Below are positions 23,701 through 35,689 of a stretch of DNA of 64,000 nt, piece by piece. Each line of letters begins with the position of its first letter. The first letter of the stretch is position 1. Position numbers and translations under genes: made by a program. The notes beneath the pieces are model-generated. The model was not told where the DNA came from, did not search any database, and worked only from the letters and a program-made list of their open reading frames with translations. Origin of the DNA: Amphiscolops sp. MND2022 (lineage: Eukaryota); the NCBI GenBank assembly GCA_964187785.1, contig OZ076413.1:48794001-48858000 (forward strand), read 5' to 3'.

Positions 23701-24925
23701 GGCATGTAGAGAGTTCGGTCTCCCACAAGGTTCGGCATTATCGCCTATACTCTTCAAATTCTTTATCAGCGATCTTGCTCAAGATGTCGTTGATGTGATG
23801 GTCAAGTCATTAAGCTCTTCAAATTTGCTGATGATGGTACATTGAGGATGACAGGTGTAACTACTGCTGAATGGTTGGATAACCTAGATGCTGTTTGTCG
23901 GTCATTAAACCTGTGGAGTGCAACTTGGCGTATGATAATAAATTGTAACCTATCCAAGGCGGAACTTATATGTTTTGGCACAACCGGCGAAAATCCGGAT
24001 TTGATCCCTGAAACAGTCAAGCTCGGAAATTACACACTAAGATTCGTGGAAAAGACCAAGGTCCATGGACTAGTGATGGACCGGAAGCTTAACTATATAG
24101 AACACGGGAAGGAAATCAACAGGAAGATAGAATTTCGCTGGGTATCTATATGTAAATATACCAACAGGAACTGGGGATTTCGTCAACACGTTATTATACG
24201 ACTGATGGAAGTTCTGATTGCAACATGCATTCATTATGCTAGTTTTATTTGGATAAACAATAGAAGCATTCAGGAGGTAGAAAAAGTGTGGTACAAAATG
24301 CTAAAGTCGGCCATCGGAGCAGTATTTCATATCGAACAATCTCAAGCTGAAGCCACGTTGGAATCCCTCCGATATCAGTGGCCAATAAAGTAAATTCCAC
24401 AAAACATCTTCTGAAACTAAACCTTTTCTCCCAGGAAGACGACCTCTTGAAGATTTTTGTCACAAAACATCTTTCTGGTTACAGCCACAGCTCTCTGTCG
24501 AACAAAGCTAAAGATGCCATTCAATTCCTAAAATGGAAAAGAGAGCGTTATCCTGACTGCTTCAACGCAAACGACAGGAGTATTATTGAGACAGGTCAAC
24601 TTGATCAATTTGCAGAACTGTCTGTGAAAACCTGTTCATATACAAAGGGTCAAATACAGAAATACACAGAATTATTGTGGCAATCTTCAATTGACAACCA
24701 GTTTCAGATAGAAGGCTTTATTGATTCTCCCAAAGTCAGTGCATTGAAATTGAAATTCCCACCCAGCACAACACAAGAATTTGAAACAATGTTCTTGAGC
24801 CTGTTCTACGCCAATAATCTGATGAAGGAGTTCCTCTGTCGGTACGACAGCAGACGACACAACTCTCTCAGTTGTCCATGTGGTAAGGGGTGTCAAAATT
24901 CCCACCACTTATTACTATATGAGGC
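20750..24925 (+). mobile_element. Tandemly duplicated I/Jockey-group LINE ORF2 fragments (period ~2473 bp)
   Basis: FIDFEKAFDSVW, GLPQGSALSPILF, C-terminal CPCG..QNSHHLLL. 20750-22460 repeats at 23221-24925, with shared frameshifts. Confidence 0.88.
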
Positions 24926-25124
24926 ATGAATATGATATGTGCTTAATGAAATCATAGCTTTAACGGCTCAATGCTTCTGGGTATACGATGCTGAATTGTG
25001 GAACTGACTACCATGTGATATTATATTGAGCCCTTCATATGACACTTTCCGAGCACGATTAAACACATACCTATTCTGAACGCTTTGAGTGTTAAAAAAA
25101 GCGTCATTTACAACTTCAACTTCT

Positions 25125-25430
25125 TCTCCTCTCAACATGATGATACACATGGCACTTGATTGATGACGAAGATCCATGATTTCTGATAGAGATCCCCTGT
25201 CTTGTTTTTTCTGTTTTGGAGGATCCCCTTTGGTGTGGATGATTACCAATGGAAAAAAGTCTTACCTGTGTATAATTTTATTTATATTATTTATTTTGTA
25301 TTATATGATGATATAACCTTCTCCCCCAACCTGATGATACACATGGTACTTCTTTTTTCTTTTTTCTCTATCAGATATCTTGAATCTTCGTCATCAATCA
25401 AGTGCCATGTGTATCATCAGGTTGGGCGGA
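25125..25430. repeat. Cluster of CRE 3' ends in opposite orientations forming an imperfect inverted repeat
   Basis: gatacacatggcacttgattgatgacgaagat at ~25145 (+), a partial copy at ~25325 (+) and the reverse complement at ~25365-25420. Confidence 0.7.
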
Positions 25431-26928
25431 GTAGACACACACCCGTGATCTGCAACGAAAGTAGGGAACCCCATACCAGCCACTAAACCAGTAGACCAGT
25501 AACAAAAAAAAACAACCAACAAGTTACTCAAACCAGCCACTATGCAGTCGACCGGTAGAAATTTTCTCAAAGCTGCTATGATATAAAGGTAAAAAAAACA
25601 GGCTATATGTAATAAATTTCTTTGAACGCATCTCTGTCGCTCACAGTTCCTAGAACACAGGCCGCATTGCCGATCTGAAGAGCCATTGAAATCCGTTTCT
25701 TCAAAAAACTGCTAGCTCGTTCATTGTCGTGCGAACGACAGGGCATTTTACAGAGAGGCGTGGTGAAAATTTCACTGCTCTCGCCTAAAGAACCCTGTAC
25801 TTCTAATGCCACCGGCTGAAAAATGTATCCATTGTTTATTAATTCGCGATACTTCTCAATTTTACGCGCTTCAGCCTCGGTGGCGGTGGTTCTCGGGTTG
25901 CATAAAGAGCCTTGATTCGGGCGACTGGGTGCAAGAGCATCAACAACCGTGACATCCCACACCAGCTGTTTACCCATTTCCCAAGGAGTCATGGTAACAC
26001 CGTCTGGGCGTTTGCCATCAGTTCGGTACAGTCCACGCTGTTCGAGCATTGAAGGCAAGTCGAGATATCCCAACGTCTGCTTTATGAGAGAATTGAGAGT
26101 ACCATGACGTGAGAAGCGACCAGCACTCTTGATGAAAGAAAGAACGTGTAAACCGTCCCGTTCAACTCTTTTACCACAGTGGCACGTATGCCAAACACAG
26201 ATGTTGGCACCGAGACGCAAACCAATTGAAATTCGCTGGTTGCTGATCATCAAGTTTCAGGCCTAGATTCTTGCAAGGAACAACTTTCAGCCATTGAGAC
26301 CCGAATTTGCTTTGGGGTGACTGTATATTGGTCGAATTTTTCTGGTCGAAAGAACGGAGGTCGAACCTTTGCAGGGAATCGAATTGCAGGGATCGAATGG
26401 AATGCGGTCGAATTTATCGTATTCGTTGTATGGCTCGGTAGCTTCGCTCCCTTCGCCAAGTAGTAACATTGAGGCATGGCCATATGGCACGTCGCTCAGC
26501 TTCGCTTCGCTCCTGCACTCAGGGCACTAGGGGTATGTGAACATATCTGAGTACCTCATAAAAATTTCGATCCGAGTTGTTTCGATCCCATTCAAAAATT
26601 TGGTATGTCGACCTGAGGACTAACTCTGATTTTCGATCCCGTTCCTTCGACCTATTTCCGCCCACCCTTTGCCTTGATGAGCGTTGAAAAATTTCGAACG
26701 TTTGTCATCCATTCTAGAAATCAAATCTTGGGGGCGGTTTTGACGAAGACATGTTGTATCCAATTTTTCTGGGTTCCATCGAGAGGACTTTCCTGTTCAT
26801 TCGTCAAACTCAACCATTTCTCAAGCGCTTTTGTAAATGAAACATCTTCGAATGTTTCCGAGAAAATCGTCGTCAGAAAATCACTCGCACCAAGAGCTGA
26901 GGCCAGAAAGGCGGGATGTGCTAATAAT
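25350..26928 (-). mobile_element. CRE-clade non-LTR retrotransposon, 3' part (continues at 41604-41850)
   Basis: Zn-knuckle plus restriction-like endonuclease (CHCG...H, RH, KRPDG...VWDVTV; ORF 25603-26253); SQWLKVVP; AHPAFLAS; A-rich tail at ~25350. Confidence 0.9.
26315..26667. mobile_element. MULE-like MITE with 9-bp TSD, inserted in the CRE element
   Basis: TSD TTTGC(T/C)TTG at 26306-26314 and 26668-26676; termini GGGTG...CACCC; TCGA-rich subterminal repeats. Excision restores HQGKFGSQ. Confidence 0.85.
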
Positions 26929-27467
26929 TATAGGAAACCTATATGATTTTTTTGAAAATCAAAATAAAGAAAGAATTAAACGAAAGAAAAAAAAACGGAG
27001 AGATTTTATTGCCTAAAATTTGGCTGGCAATAAAATAATTTTTATGTGACACATCGTAAATTGAAGTTGACGGGCTCGACAACTTAGTCACATTGTACGG
27101 TCGGGGTTCGACAGTAAACGTTGATAACGTAACCACAGGCCAACGGGTTTCGACAGGTCTGTGTATAATCTTATAAAAAAACTCCCATAATGGTGGGACT
27201 CACCAACAGATTGTCTGATAAGGGGTATTTAAGGAAGTGTGGGAAGTTAGACATTTTGCTTTTGAGCTTTTCTGCGTTGAATCTTCCAACTTCCTTTCAA
27301 CCATCTTTCGCGGAAAATACACATTTCTCTATCTATCAATTTCAACCTCAACATATCTTCTAATTTAATTTTCAATATAAAACCTTCTTCAAAAAGCATT
27401 CCAGTCAACTCAACTTGTCCCGAAAACCCTTCAAATTCAACAAAACGTTCATCTCGGAACGTTACAG

Positions 27468-27480
27468 TGGTGACAAGGGA
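27468..27480 (+). promoter_or_regulatory. Putative primer-binding site
   Basis: TGGTGACAAGGGA begins 1 nt after the LTR end ...GTTACA; cognate tRNA not identified. Confidence 0.65.
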
Positions 27481-28037
27481 AAAAGAAAACGACTTATCGA
27501 CTTAGATACTCCAAATAGTATCAGACCCGCAATCAACGACGAAGAAAAAAGTTAGTTGAACATTTTATTCAAATAAGAAAAATCGAGATGTAGTGTAAAC
27601 ACAAGTAAAACTCAATTTTTCAAAATTAAATTGAGTCGATACTAAAATCGGAATCTTCGAAAATCACATAAACTTAAAACCAACTTCCATTGTACCAGAA
27701 TAATTTTTCGTTAGAACAATTTTTTTCGAGTTTATTTTGAAGACGGGTAAGAAATATTAACGAAACAACGTAGAAACTATTTTAAACGGAAAATCCTAAA
27801 AGAAAAAGAAACTGAAACAACCAAGGCGTAAAAAAGATCAAAAATTGAAAAGAAAAGAAACTAAGAAATAAATAGTCTTTTCACTGATTTTGAAAAACAA
27901 CAAGCTTTTGCTAGTGGGTCACTATCAAAGAGCTAGTGCTTAAAAATTAAGTCTTAAAAGTTGTCTAGCGTAACTTTTCACTAAGTAGATTCAGTCCACA
28001 TAAAAGAAAGAAGAGCAAGGTCGGGTTGATATCTACG

Positions 28038-29039
28038 ATGGCTACGGGTACTTCCAAGATGTTATTACCGGAACCATTCACTGGCTCCAATGACATCGAA
28101 AGCTATACAACTCATTTTGAACTGTTAGCTAACCTCCAGAACTGGGTTAGAACAGAAACTCGTGAAGGAAATGACGTACAAATTGATGATCGGCCGCATT
28201 ATTTTGCATTACGTCTACAAAAAAAATCCGCGATTGATTTCTATCGAACTTTAACTGACGCTCAAAAAGCGAGTTATGACGAGTTGAAGAAAGCTTTCAG
28301 AACTCATTACACTGAGAAACCAGTGGTATTCCGAGGACAGCTTGCGAGGAGGACGCAAAGCCCGGGGGAGAAATTAACCGATTTTCTAGGCGACTTACAG
28401 GGCTTAGCGATGAAGGCCTACCCGGGTGAATCAAAAGAGATAAGAGATCACTTGGTAGTTAGGGGATTCCTTGAAGGAATCCGTAATAGTCAAGTGAGAC
28501 TAGATCTCAGAAAGACAATTGGAGACGCTGAAATGAACATAGAGAGCATATTAAAAACGGCTCTGCACCTTGAAGCCGTCACTAGAATTGAGGAAGAAGA
28601 AAAAGAACCCAGAGTCGCTGTGCTTCAACCCGCCAACAATGACAGATTGATTAATTCTGTGAATCAATTGATAGAGAAACTCTCTTTCTCGCGAGATTCG
28701 CAAAATCACATCCGCAACAGTTTTCCGGAAAGGAAACAATACCGAAGAAATAGTTCAAGAGATAGTGATAGAAACGGAAACGGGGGAGATCGAAGTCGAG
28801 GGGGACGAAGCCGAGGACGCGGAGGATATAAAGGCAGACAGCAAACGTCCGGTAGGTCGGAAAGAGGACAAATGAAATCCCAGTCTCGAGAGAGGGTTTC
28901 AAAATCGTATCGAGCGGGAATCGCAGGGGATAGTTGTCATAGATGCGGTCAACGTGGTCATTGGGCGAGAGAGTGTAGGAGTTGCTATAACTGCGGAAGC
29001 TCACAGCATTTCAAAAAAGACTGTCCCTTTTCAAACTAA
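28038..29039 (+). CDS. gag: Gag polyprotein, uninterrupted, with two CCHC zinc knuckles
   Basis: LLPEPFTGSNDIESYTTHFE..., RG-rich tract, CHRCGQRGHWAREC and CYNCGSSQHFKKDC. Confidence 0.9.
   Translation: MATGTSKMLLPEPFTGSNDIESYTTHFELLANLQNWVRTETREGNDVQIDDRPHYFALRLQKKSAIDFYRTLTDAQKASYDELKKAFRTHYTEKPVVFRGQLARRTQSPGEKLTDFLGDLQGLAMKAYPGESKEIRDHLVVRGFLEGIRNSQVRLDLRKTIGDAEMNIESILKTALHLEAVTRIEEEEKEPRVAVLQPANNDRLINSVNQLIEKLSFSRDSQNHIRNSFPERKQYRRNSSRDSDRNGNGGDRSRGGRSRGRGGYKGRQQTSGRSERGQMKSQSRERVSKSYRAGIAGDSCHRCGQRGHWARECRSCYNCGSSQHFKKDCPFSN
29030..29036 (+). promoter_or_regulatory. Degenerate -1 frameshift heptamer
   Basis: T TCA AAC immediately before the gag stop, one change from canonical T TTA AAC; the protease ORF is in the -1 frame. 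Confidence 0.45.
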
Positions 29040-29050
29040 AACAGGCCGAT

Positions 29051-32000
29051 GTGGAAATGGCCACACATTTGCATCGATCAACTTTGGCCATTATGGGAAT
29101 GACTGAACGGAGTCAACTTAATACACACGCTTTATACACCACCTTTTTGCTGCAAGGAAAACTTACAACTGCTTTAGTCGACAGTGGTAGTAGCATCTCA
29201 CTGATCAGCTGGTCATATTTGCAAACATTAACGTTCAGTGGTAAAACTGTAGAGTATAACGGGAAGATACTCACGGCTAATAACTCGCCTCTACTGATAA
29301 AGGGTAAAGTTGAACTGATCGTTCAGCTCGAAAAGTTTACACCCGAGTTTCGGGCCACATTTTCAGTCTCGGCATTGGATTTTTTCCCGTGCCTACTGGG
29401 ATTAGATTTCATGGTTCAAAACGATTGTGTACTGTACGCGAAACAACAGAAACTATTCTGAGGAAAAATAAACCGAAGCATGGAACTAAAGTCAAATGCT
29501 AGTTAAGAGGGGTCAACATTTTTGGTAGCCAAGTCGAACCAAGCAATTCCTGCACGAACTGAGACACTAGTGCAGTGTGAGTTGAGATACGAGGATGGTT
29601 CGAAGGCTACCAAGTTAGAGGGTATAGTAAACCCCCTCGAAACCTTCCAAGAAGCGACAGGATTATGGGTTGCTCAAGGCTTAGTGAACGATGACAACGG
29701 AACGTGTTGGGTAAGACTATTGAACATACACAATGAAAATATTGTTACTCATCGGGATACTAGGGTAGGTACACTAGAAACATTGGAGTTGGATGAACAT
29801 TCTTTAAAATTACAACGACAGACAGAAGAGAAAACGAAGCGCGAGGATTTCAGCTTCGAGAGACATGTTAATATAGAAAATAGAAATCTGTCAAAGGACC
29901 AGCTGCACCAAGTAATAACATTATGCAATAAGTACGAGACAATTTTCTCGAGACACTCAAATGATTTGGTTTTCAACAATCAGATTGAGCACCAAATCAA
30001 ACTGAAACCTGACGCTCAACCTTTTAGGTGAACCTACGGAAACATGAGTTTTGATAAAGCAATGAACAAAATCGTTGAAGGATTAGCCGAAGCCGATCTA
30101 ATTGCACCAACTCATTCCGATTGGGCGGCTCCAAGCATATTGGTCCCAATAAAGGACGGGTCTTTCCGATTGGTTGTTGACTACCGGGGTTTAACCAACA
30201 GATCGAAAAAACGTGTTGGCCGTTACCTCGAATACGCGATGTAATAGACTCTTTAGAAGGAAACATGTTCTTTTCGAGCATTGATTTAACATCCGGGTAT
30301 TTCCAAATGGCATTAAAAGACGATAGTCAAATCCTCACTGCTTTAATTACGCCGATGGGTCTATTCAAATGGAAACGACTAGCATCAGCTCCAGGGGCTT
30401 TTCAGAACCTCATGGATTTGGTGTTCAGCGGTCTATCCTACGACGTTGCCCTGGTATATCTAGATGACATAATCGTTTTTGGTAGAAACTTCGACGAACA
30501 TATTGAAAGACTGGAACTGGTTTTTTGCAGACTTCAGAAAAGTGGACTAAAAATCAAACGATCAAAGTGTAAATTTCTCCAGAAGAGAATACATTTCTTA
30601 GGACATGTCATCTCTGAAAATGGGGTTGAGGTGGGTGAAGAAAAAGTGAAGGCAGTTGAGAAAATGAAATCACCAACTTCTCTGAAAGAAGTTAGAGCAG
30701 TCCTTGGGTTGGTGGGTTTCTATAGAAAATTTATTCCGGGTTTCGGAAAGACTTCAGAACCTCTGTACAATCTTCTGAAGAAAGAAAACAAATTTGCGTG
30801 GACGAAAGAATGCGAACAGGATTTGCAAGAGCTGAAACGAAAATTGTTGTCGGCACCTATTTTTGGGTATCCGAACAATCGAGAAGAGTACACTCTAACT
30901 ACGGATGCTTCACTAACGGGAATTGGGGCAGTCCTAACACAGCAACAAGAAGGAATTGATCGAGTTTTTTCTTAATTAAACTCTGAATAAAAGCCAAGAA
31001 AACTATTCAGCAACTAAAAGGGAACACTTTGCCGTTGTCCATTTTACAAATCATTTCAAAACCTATGTCTTAGGTAGAAAATTTTCAATAGTTACCGATC
31101 ACAGAGCCTTGGCATGGCTCTACAGTTTCAAAGATCCAGAAGGGATGGTTGCGTGTTGGTTGGAAAAACTTGGACAAGTTGACTTCGAAATTAAACATAA
31201 AGCGGGTAGAAGCATCCCTCATGCAGATAGTTTATCGCGAGTACTGCCGGAGGAGGAAGATCCGATAACTGTCTATGTGGCAGCACTGACAGAAAACACG
31301 ACGATGGAGGAACATCCTGCGAACCCATGGATGTTAATCCAGAATACAGATCGTATTAGTATGCAAATGAAACAGCATGAAGATAACAACATAAAGAGGG
31401 TCCTAAAATGGATTGAAGAAAAGCAGAGACCTGATCGAAAAAACATGGACGGAGCTTCTAAGGAACTATGGAAATTTTGGGTGGACTTTAAGAACCTCCG
31501 GTTGATACAAGGACTTCTCTTCAGAACGAAAAAATTAGAAGACGGAGATCGTTGGGTACATCAGCTTATTGTTGCGGAGAATCAAATTTCCAACATACTA
31601 CCATTGCTGCACGAGTCTCCGTGCACAGGCCATTTCGGAATCGAAAAGACATATCAGAGAGCTCAAGAACGGTTCTTTTGGCCTGGGATGAAGTGAGACG
31701 TGAACAGCTGAGTTCAAAGCTGTGATAAATGCTCGAGGAGAAAAGGCACCCCTCAGAAACACAGACACAGTCTGAAAATGTGGAAACCGAGCCATCCTTT
31801 TTGGGAGGTATCATTAGATGTGATGGGTACTTTGCCAGAATCCAATGGCCAAAAGTACATTTTGTTGGTTGGTGATCAATTTAGTAAATGGTACGAAGCC
31901 GTTGCCATGGCAAATCAGGAAGCAAAAACAGTCGCACAAGCATTAGTCGATAACTGGATCACGAAATTCGGATGTCCCGTGAATTTACATAGTGATAAAG

Positions 32001-33086
32001 GAACAAATTTCATGTCGGAACTCTTTACAGAGTTGTGTCGGGTTTTGGGCATTGAACGGACATCCACCACTCCTTTTCATCCAGAAGGCAATGCGATGAT
32101 TGAAAGAACAAACCGGACAATTGAAGAAAGCTTATCGAAATACATCGATGATCACCAGAGCGATTGGACCTGTTATTTGCAACTGGTCATGATGGCATAT
32201 CGCTCGTCAATTCATGCAGTCACTAAACATAGTCCAAACTATCTTGTGATGGGAACACCATTGAGATTACCGATTGATGATTGTATGTACGAGACACGTC
32301 ATACCGAATTATTCCCGACTCCGAGTGATTTCATTTACAACACAAAGAGAGAACTGCAAAAAGCTCACCATCTTGTGAGATCGCACATGGAATTAGAACA
32401 AACACGACAGAAAACGTATTATGATTACCGGGCCTATGGCCTTGTCTACCTCGTGGGTGAACAAGTGCTTATATTCTTCCCTACAGTAAAGAAGGGACAA
32501 ACAAAGAAGTTCACCTCGTTCTTCAGAGGACCATACAAAATTCTCGAAATAATCAACGATCTGAATTTTCGTTTGTGCCACGAAGAGACCAGAAAAGTAA
32601 TCAAAGTACATTACGATCGAATGAAAAAGTACAAACCGCGGGAGCGAATCTTCACAAGAATGAGCGGAACCCAGGAACACACTGAAATTCAACAAACAGA
32701 CGAATCTGAGATCATCGATGACGACCTAATAGAGGTTGAGATTGAACAGATAGGTAAATAAAGGAAGAGGGAACGAGTAGCCAGATGAGACGCAAAAAAG
32801 TACCGAAATCGAACAAGGGCCTACTGCGAGCACAATCGAGTTAAAAGAATCTGATGGCGGAGCGAGAATGAAAAGTTGTGCAGAGGGAGTTAACAATGAA
32901 TCGGTTCCATTAAAAACGCCTCAAACAAAAGTTACGAAACCAAAAAACGAGAGAAGGCCTCCAATAGTGCCACAAAGGGAGAAAAGTACTCGTATCCGAT
33001 CAGTTCCGAAAAGATTCGGTGACTATTTTGTGTACAATGACGATACTTCTTTCGATGACAACGACGTTTTTGCTTCAGGAAATTAG
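29051..33086 (+). pseudogene. pol: Gypsy pol (PR, RT, RNase H, integrase) with several stops and frameshifts
   Basis: ALVDSGSS; VVDYRGL; VYLDDII; TTDASLTG; GHFG...C..C; LHSDKGTNF; GPYKI; tail STRIRSVPKRFGDY. Confidence 0.93.
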
Positions 33087-33111
33087 GAGCAGTCAAGAAC
33101 ACGGAAAAAGA

Positions 33112-35124
33112 ATGCAAATCCCAAGAGAAAACAGAGACACAGGTAACAAGATAATACTACTTTTGATTATTATTGCCGTATCGGTGCAAGAAGAAAACAT
33201 TAAAACTGTAGGATACGACTTCGAGCAAGTTGTAGGGACCACGGTTTACTCCTTAACTGATCAAAAAAATTGTACTCGAGGTTTGAGTGAGATGGCATCA
33301 GTACCACGTGGTTCAATGGTGTTCAGCGACAACGACGGTAGGCGGGAAATGAAAACTTGTCATTATCAAGCCTCGTATACGGTGTCGTACATGAAAAAAT
33401 CATCTGTTTATGATGATGGACTGTATCTACATGAAAAAATCAAAGATTTTAGCAACATTTTACTTGATTTCGATTGAAGTTTGTCGTCATGCGTGGGCAG
33501 CAAAACCTTTCATATTACCGGGATGCAGCAAAAGTCGGTTCCAATTGAAAAAGACTGATATAGAAGAAGTTGATAATTCTCAGCATGAGTTGTTTAAGAA
33601 CTTCGACTACTCAGCAAAATTTATGAAAGCTAAAGGAAAAGGGATTGGGTTTTCAACACCAATTGACTGGACAACACCAACAGGAGAGGTAATTGAAGCG
33701 TCTGTCCTCATCAATAGACGACTGACAATTGGAAAAGTGTTCACTCAGAAGCAACTTGGCGGAAGCAACTTCCATAAGTGGAACGACCCTCTCGGAAACC
33801 CTATAACAAGCGATGACATCGAAACTGATTTCGAAAAATATTTTGTGGTTTACTTGGTGACCAAGCCAAAAGAGTGCGACCTTTATAAACTCTTCGGCAT
33901 AAAGGGAAGAAACAATGTGATCAAATTAGTTGGTGAAAAAAACAGCATGCTAACGGGAATCGTTAGCAACAGGCAAGGCAGAAAGTTTGCACTGGAAATT
34001 CATAACCAGCTCGTTCCTTTGTGTAACCTTACAGTTCACCCAACCATCATGAAGGGAATTTTCTTTTCATTCGAAGATACAGATTTAGCAGTTAAAGTTA
34101 TGAACAACATTGACGAAGAATTGCTGCTACAGAGCAAAATTGATTTCTTACATGCCCAAGGGTTACAGAAAATGGAACGAGTTTGGCAGGAATTCATCTA
34201 CCAGAGATGTCGAATTCAAGATGTGGAGGCCAGGCTCAAATTATTGTTAATTTCAAATCTCGACAGTGCAATAATTGGGGACGAGATGGTGGGAACACAA
34301 ATTGAACGTGCGGGCGAGGTTGTATACTTACACAGATGTGCAAAAATGGAAATTACACTGGCAATTTTAGATTTCTGCACAGAAGAAATCCCTGTGAGAC
34401 TTGGCGATGGGAAAGGGTCCGTGATTAAAGTCATGAATCCAGATTCAAAGATTTTTTACAACAACTACACACTGACCGAATGTAACCCAGCGTACCCCAA
34501 TTTGTATCAGTTGCTGAACGGATCCTGGGTGACGTATGGAAAAACAACCGAACTAGCGCGAGTCGAACCTGTTGTTTTTCGGAACAACTCTTCACGGGAA
34601 CTAAGGCCACATGAATTTGTGCGTTTGAAAGGTAATGGGTTGTTCACAATGGAAGAAGCAACCGCGCGCGCTCCATCCGCCATAGCCGTACAACAGTAAC
34701 CGGTAGAGAGGTGTATCTGGGTTCAAAAGGCACGTACTCACATGAAACTTTGTTTCATCTCAATTTTCCAGAGCACCAGATTGGGTCCAGCTGGAGAGTA
34801 CTACAGTGGTTTCAATCGGTAAAGAAGGAAACGCTGTTTTTTTGGTGGATAGCGAGAGAGATAGCAGTAACTATACTGACAATCACGTTATTCGGAATGC
34901 TGGTTCGACTAGGTTTCAAAATATTTTTCATAATTCGATTGAAACAGTTAGGTACGAAAACGCGATTTGCTTTGCAACCGCTCAATCCGTTTTATGAATA
35001 CAATAAATTTTTATTAGATGTTAAGGAGCTCAAAAATCAACAACCCAGATCCTCAATGCTTCTAAATGATGCACAAAACTCATCAGAAACAAAATTGCAC
35101 GTTACACTAAATGACGAACAGTAA
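33112..35124 (+). pseudogene. Env-like type I membrane glycoprotein, two frameshifts; resembles chuvirus/gB-type class III fusion proteins
   Basis: Signal-like KIILLLIIIAVSV; Cys-spaced ectodomain AGEVVYLHRC...CTEEIPV...TECNPAYPNLYQLLNGSW; N-glycosylation sequons (NCT, NLT, NYT, NGS, NNS); C-terminal TM IAVTILTITLFGMLV. Located after pol. Family resemblance is from memory. Confidence 0.75.
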
Positions 35125-35162
35125 TCATGAAACCATTAAAAATCCTTTAAACTTTTTTAGAA

Positions 35163-35606
35163 ATGGAAAACAACCGTATAAATGAATATGTATACTACTT
35201 GCCCGAACTTCATCAAATCAAATCGAAAGTGGCACCGGGCTTGTATCAAATTCAAGGATGTGTCTCGGGGATGCGAAAAAGTGCAACGGAAGACACCCTC
35301 AGTCCATCCAACATCAAGATGAGAGCGGACATTTCCACCACCCAACTTGTCGGGATTCGACAAGAGTTGGAGCTCACCAAGGCAGAAGTGAACAATCTGA
35401 AAGAGCGCCTATATTGTGAAGGAAGAAACGTGCATCAGGAGGTTGAAGATGCACGAAGGTATATCCACCAGCTTGAGATGGATGTAAATACACACAAAGA
35501 CAAGATAAGGCGACTCAGCGAAGATTTGGAAAAGCAAAGAACTCTTGTTAGAAGTATAACAACGGCGTTGTTAGTGATAAGTCGAATGATTGGTGAGATT
35601 AAATAA
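35163..35606 (+). CDS. Intact 147-aa accessory ORF with predicted coiled coil
   Basis: ATG to TAA; heptad-like IRQELELTKAEVNNLKERL...IHQLEMDVNTHKDKIRRLSEDLEKQ; inside the TSD-bounded element. Confidence 0.6.
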   Translation: MENNRINEYVYYLPELHQIKSKVAPGLYQIQGCVSGMRKSATEDTLSPSNIKMRADISTTQLVGIRQELELTKAEVNNLKERLYCEGRNVHQEVEDARRYIHQLEMDVNTHKDKIRRLSEDLEKQRTLVRSITTALLVISRMIGEIK

Positions 35607-35684
35607 GCCATTTGCTTTAATGGGTAAGGCGCTTGACTGGTAGCTAGATCTGTCTTGAGATGCAGGTTCGAGTCCTGTAATGGC
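35607..35684 (+). ncRNA. tRNA-like Pol III unit (identity unassigned, anticodon arm irregular)
   Basis: Acceptor-like GCCATT/AATGGC; A-box-like TGCTTTAATGG; T arm GCAGG-TTCGAGT-CCTGT with B box GGTTCGAGTCC; T5 run at 35687-35691. Confidence 0.6.
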
Positions 35685-35689
35685 TATTT

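Noticed and set aside
35607-35684. tRNA-like unit as the element's own reverse-transcription primer
   Set aside because: Its 3' end (...CCTGTAATGGC) is not complementary to the PBS TGGTGACAAGGGA beyond the CCA.
35607-35684. Canonical tRNA-Thr(GGT) or tRNA-Tyr
   Set aside because: The anticodon stem does not pair properly and the D-arm spacing is off, so no isotype is assigned.
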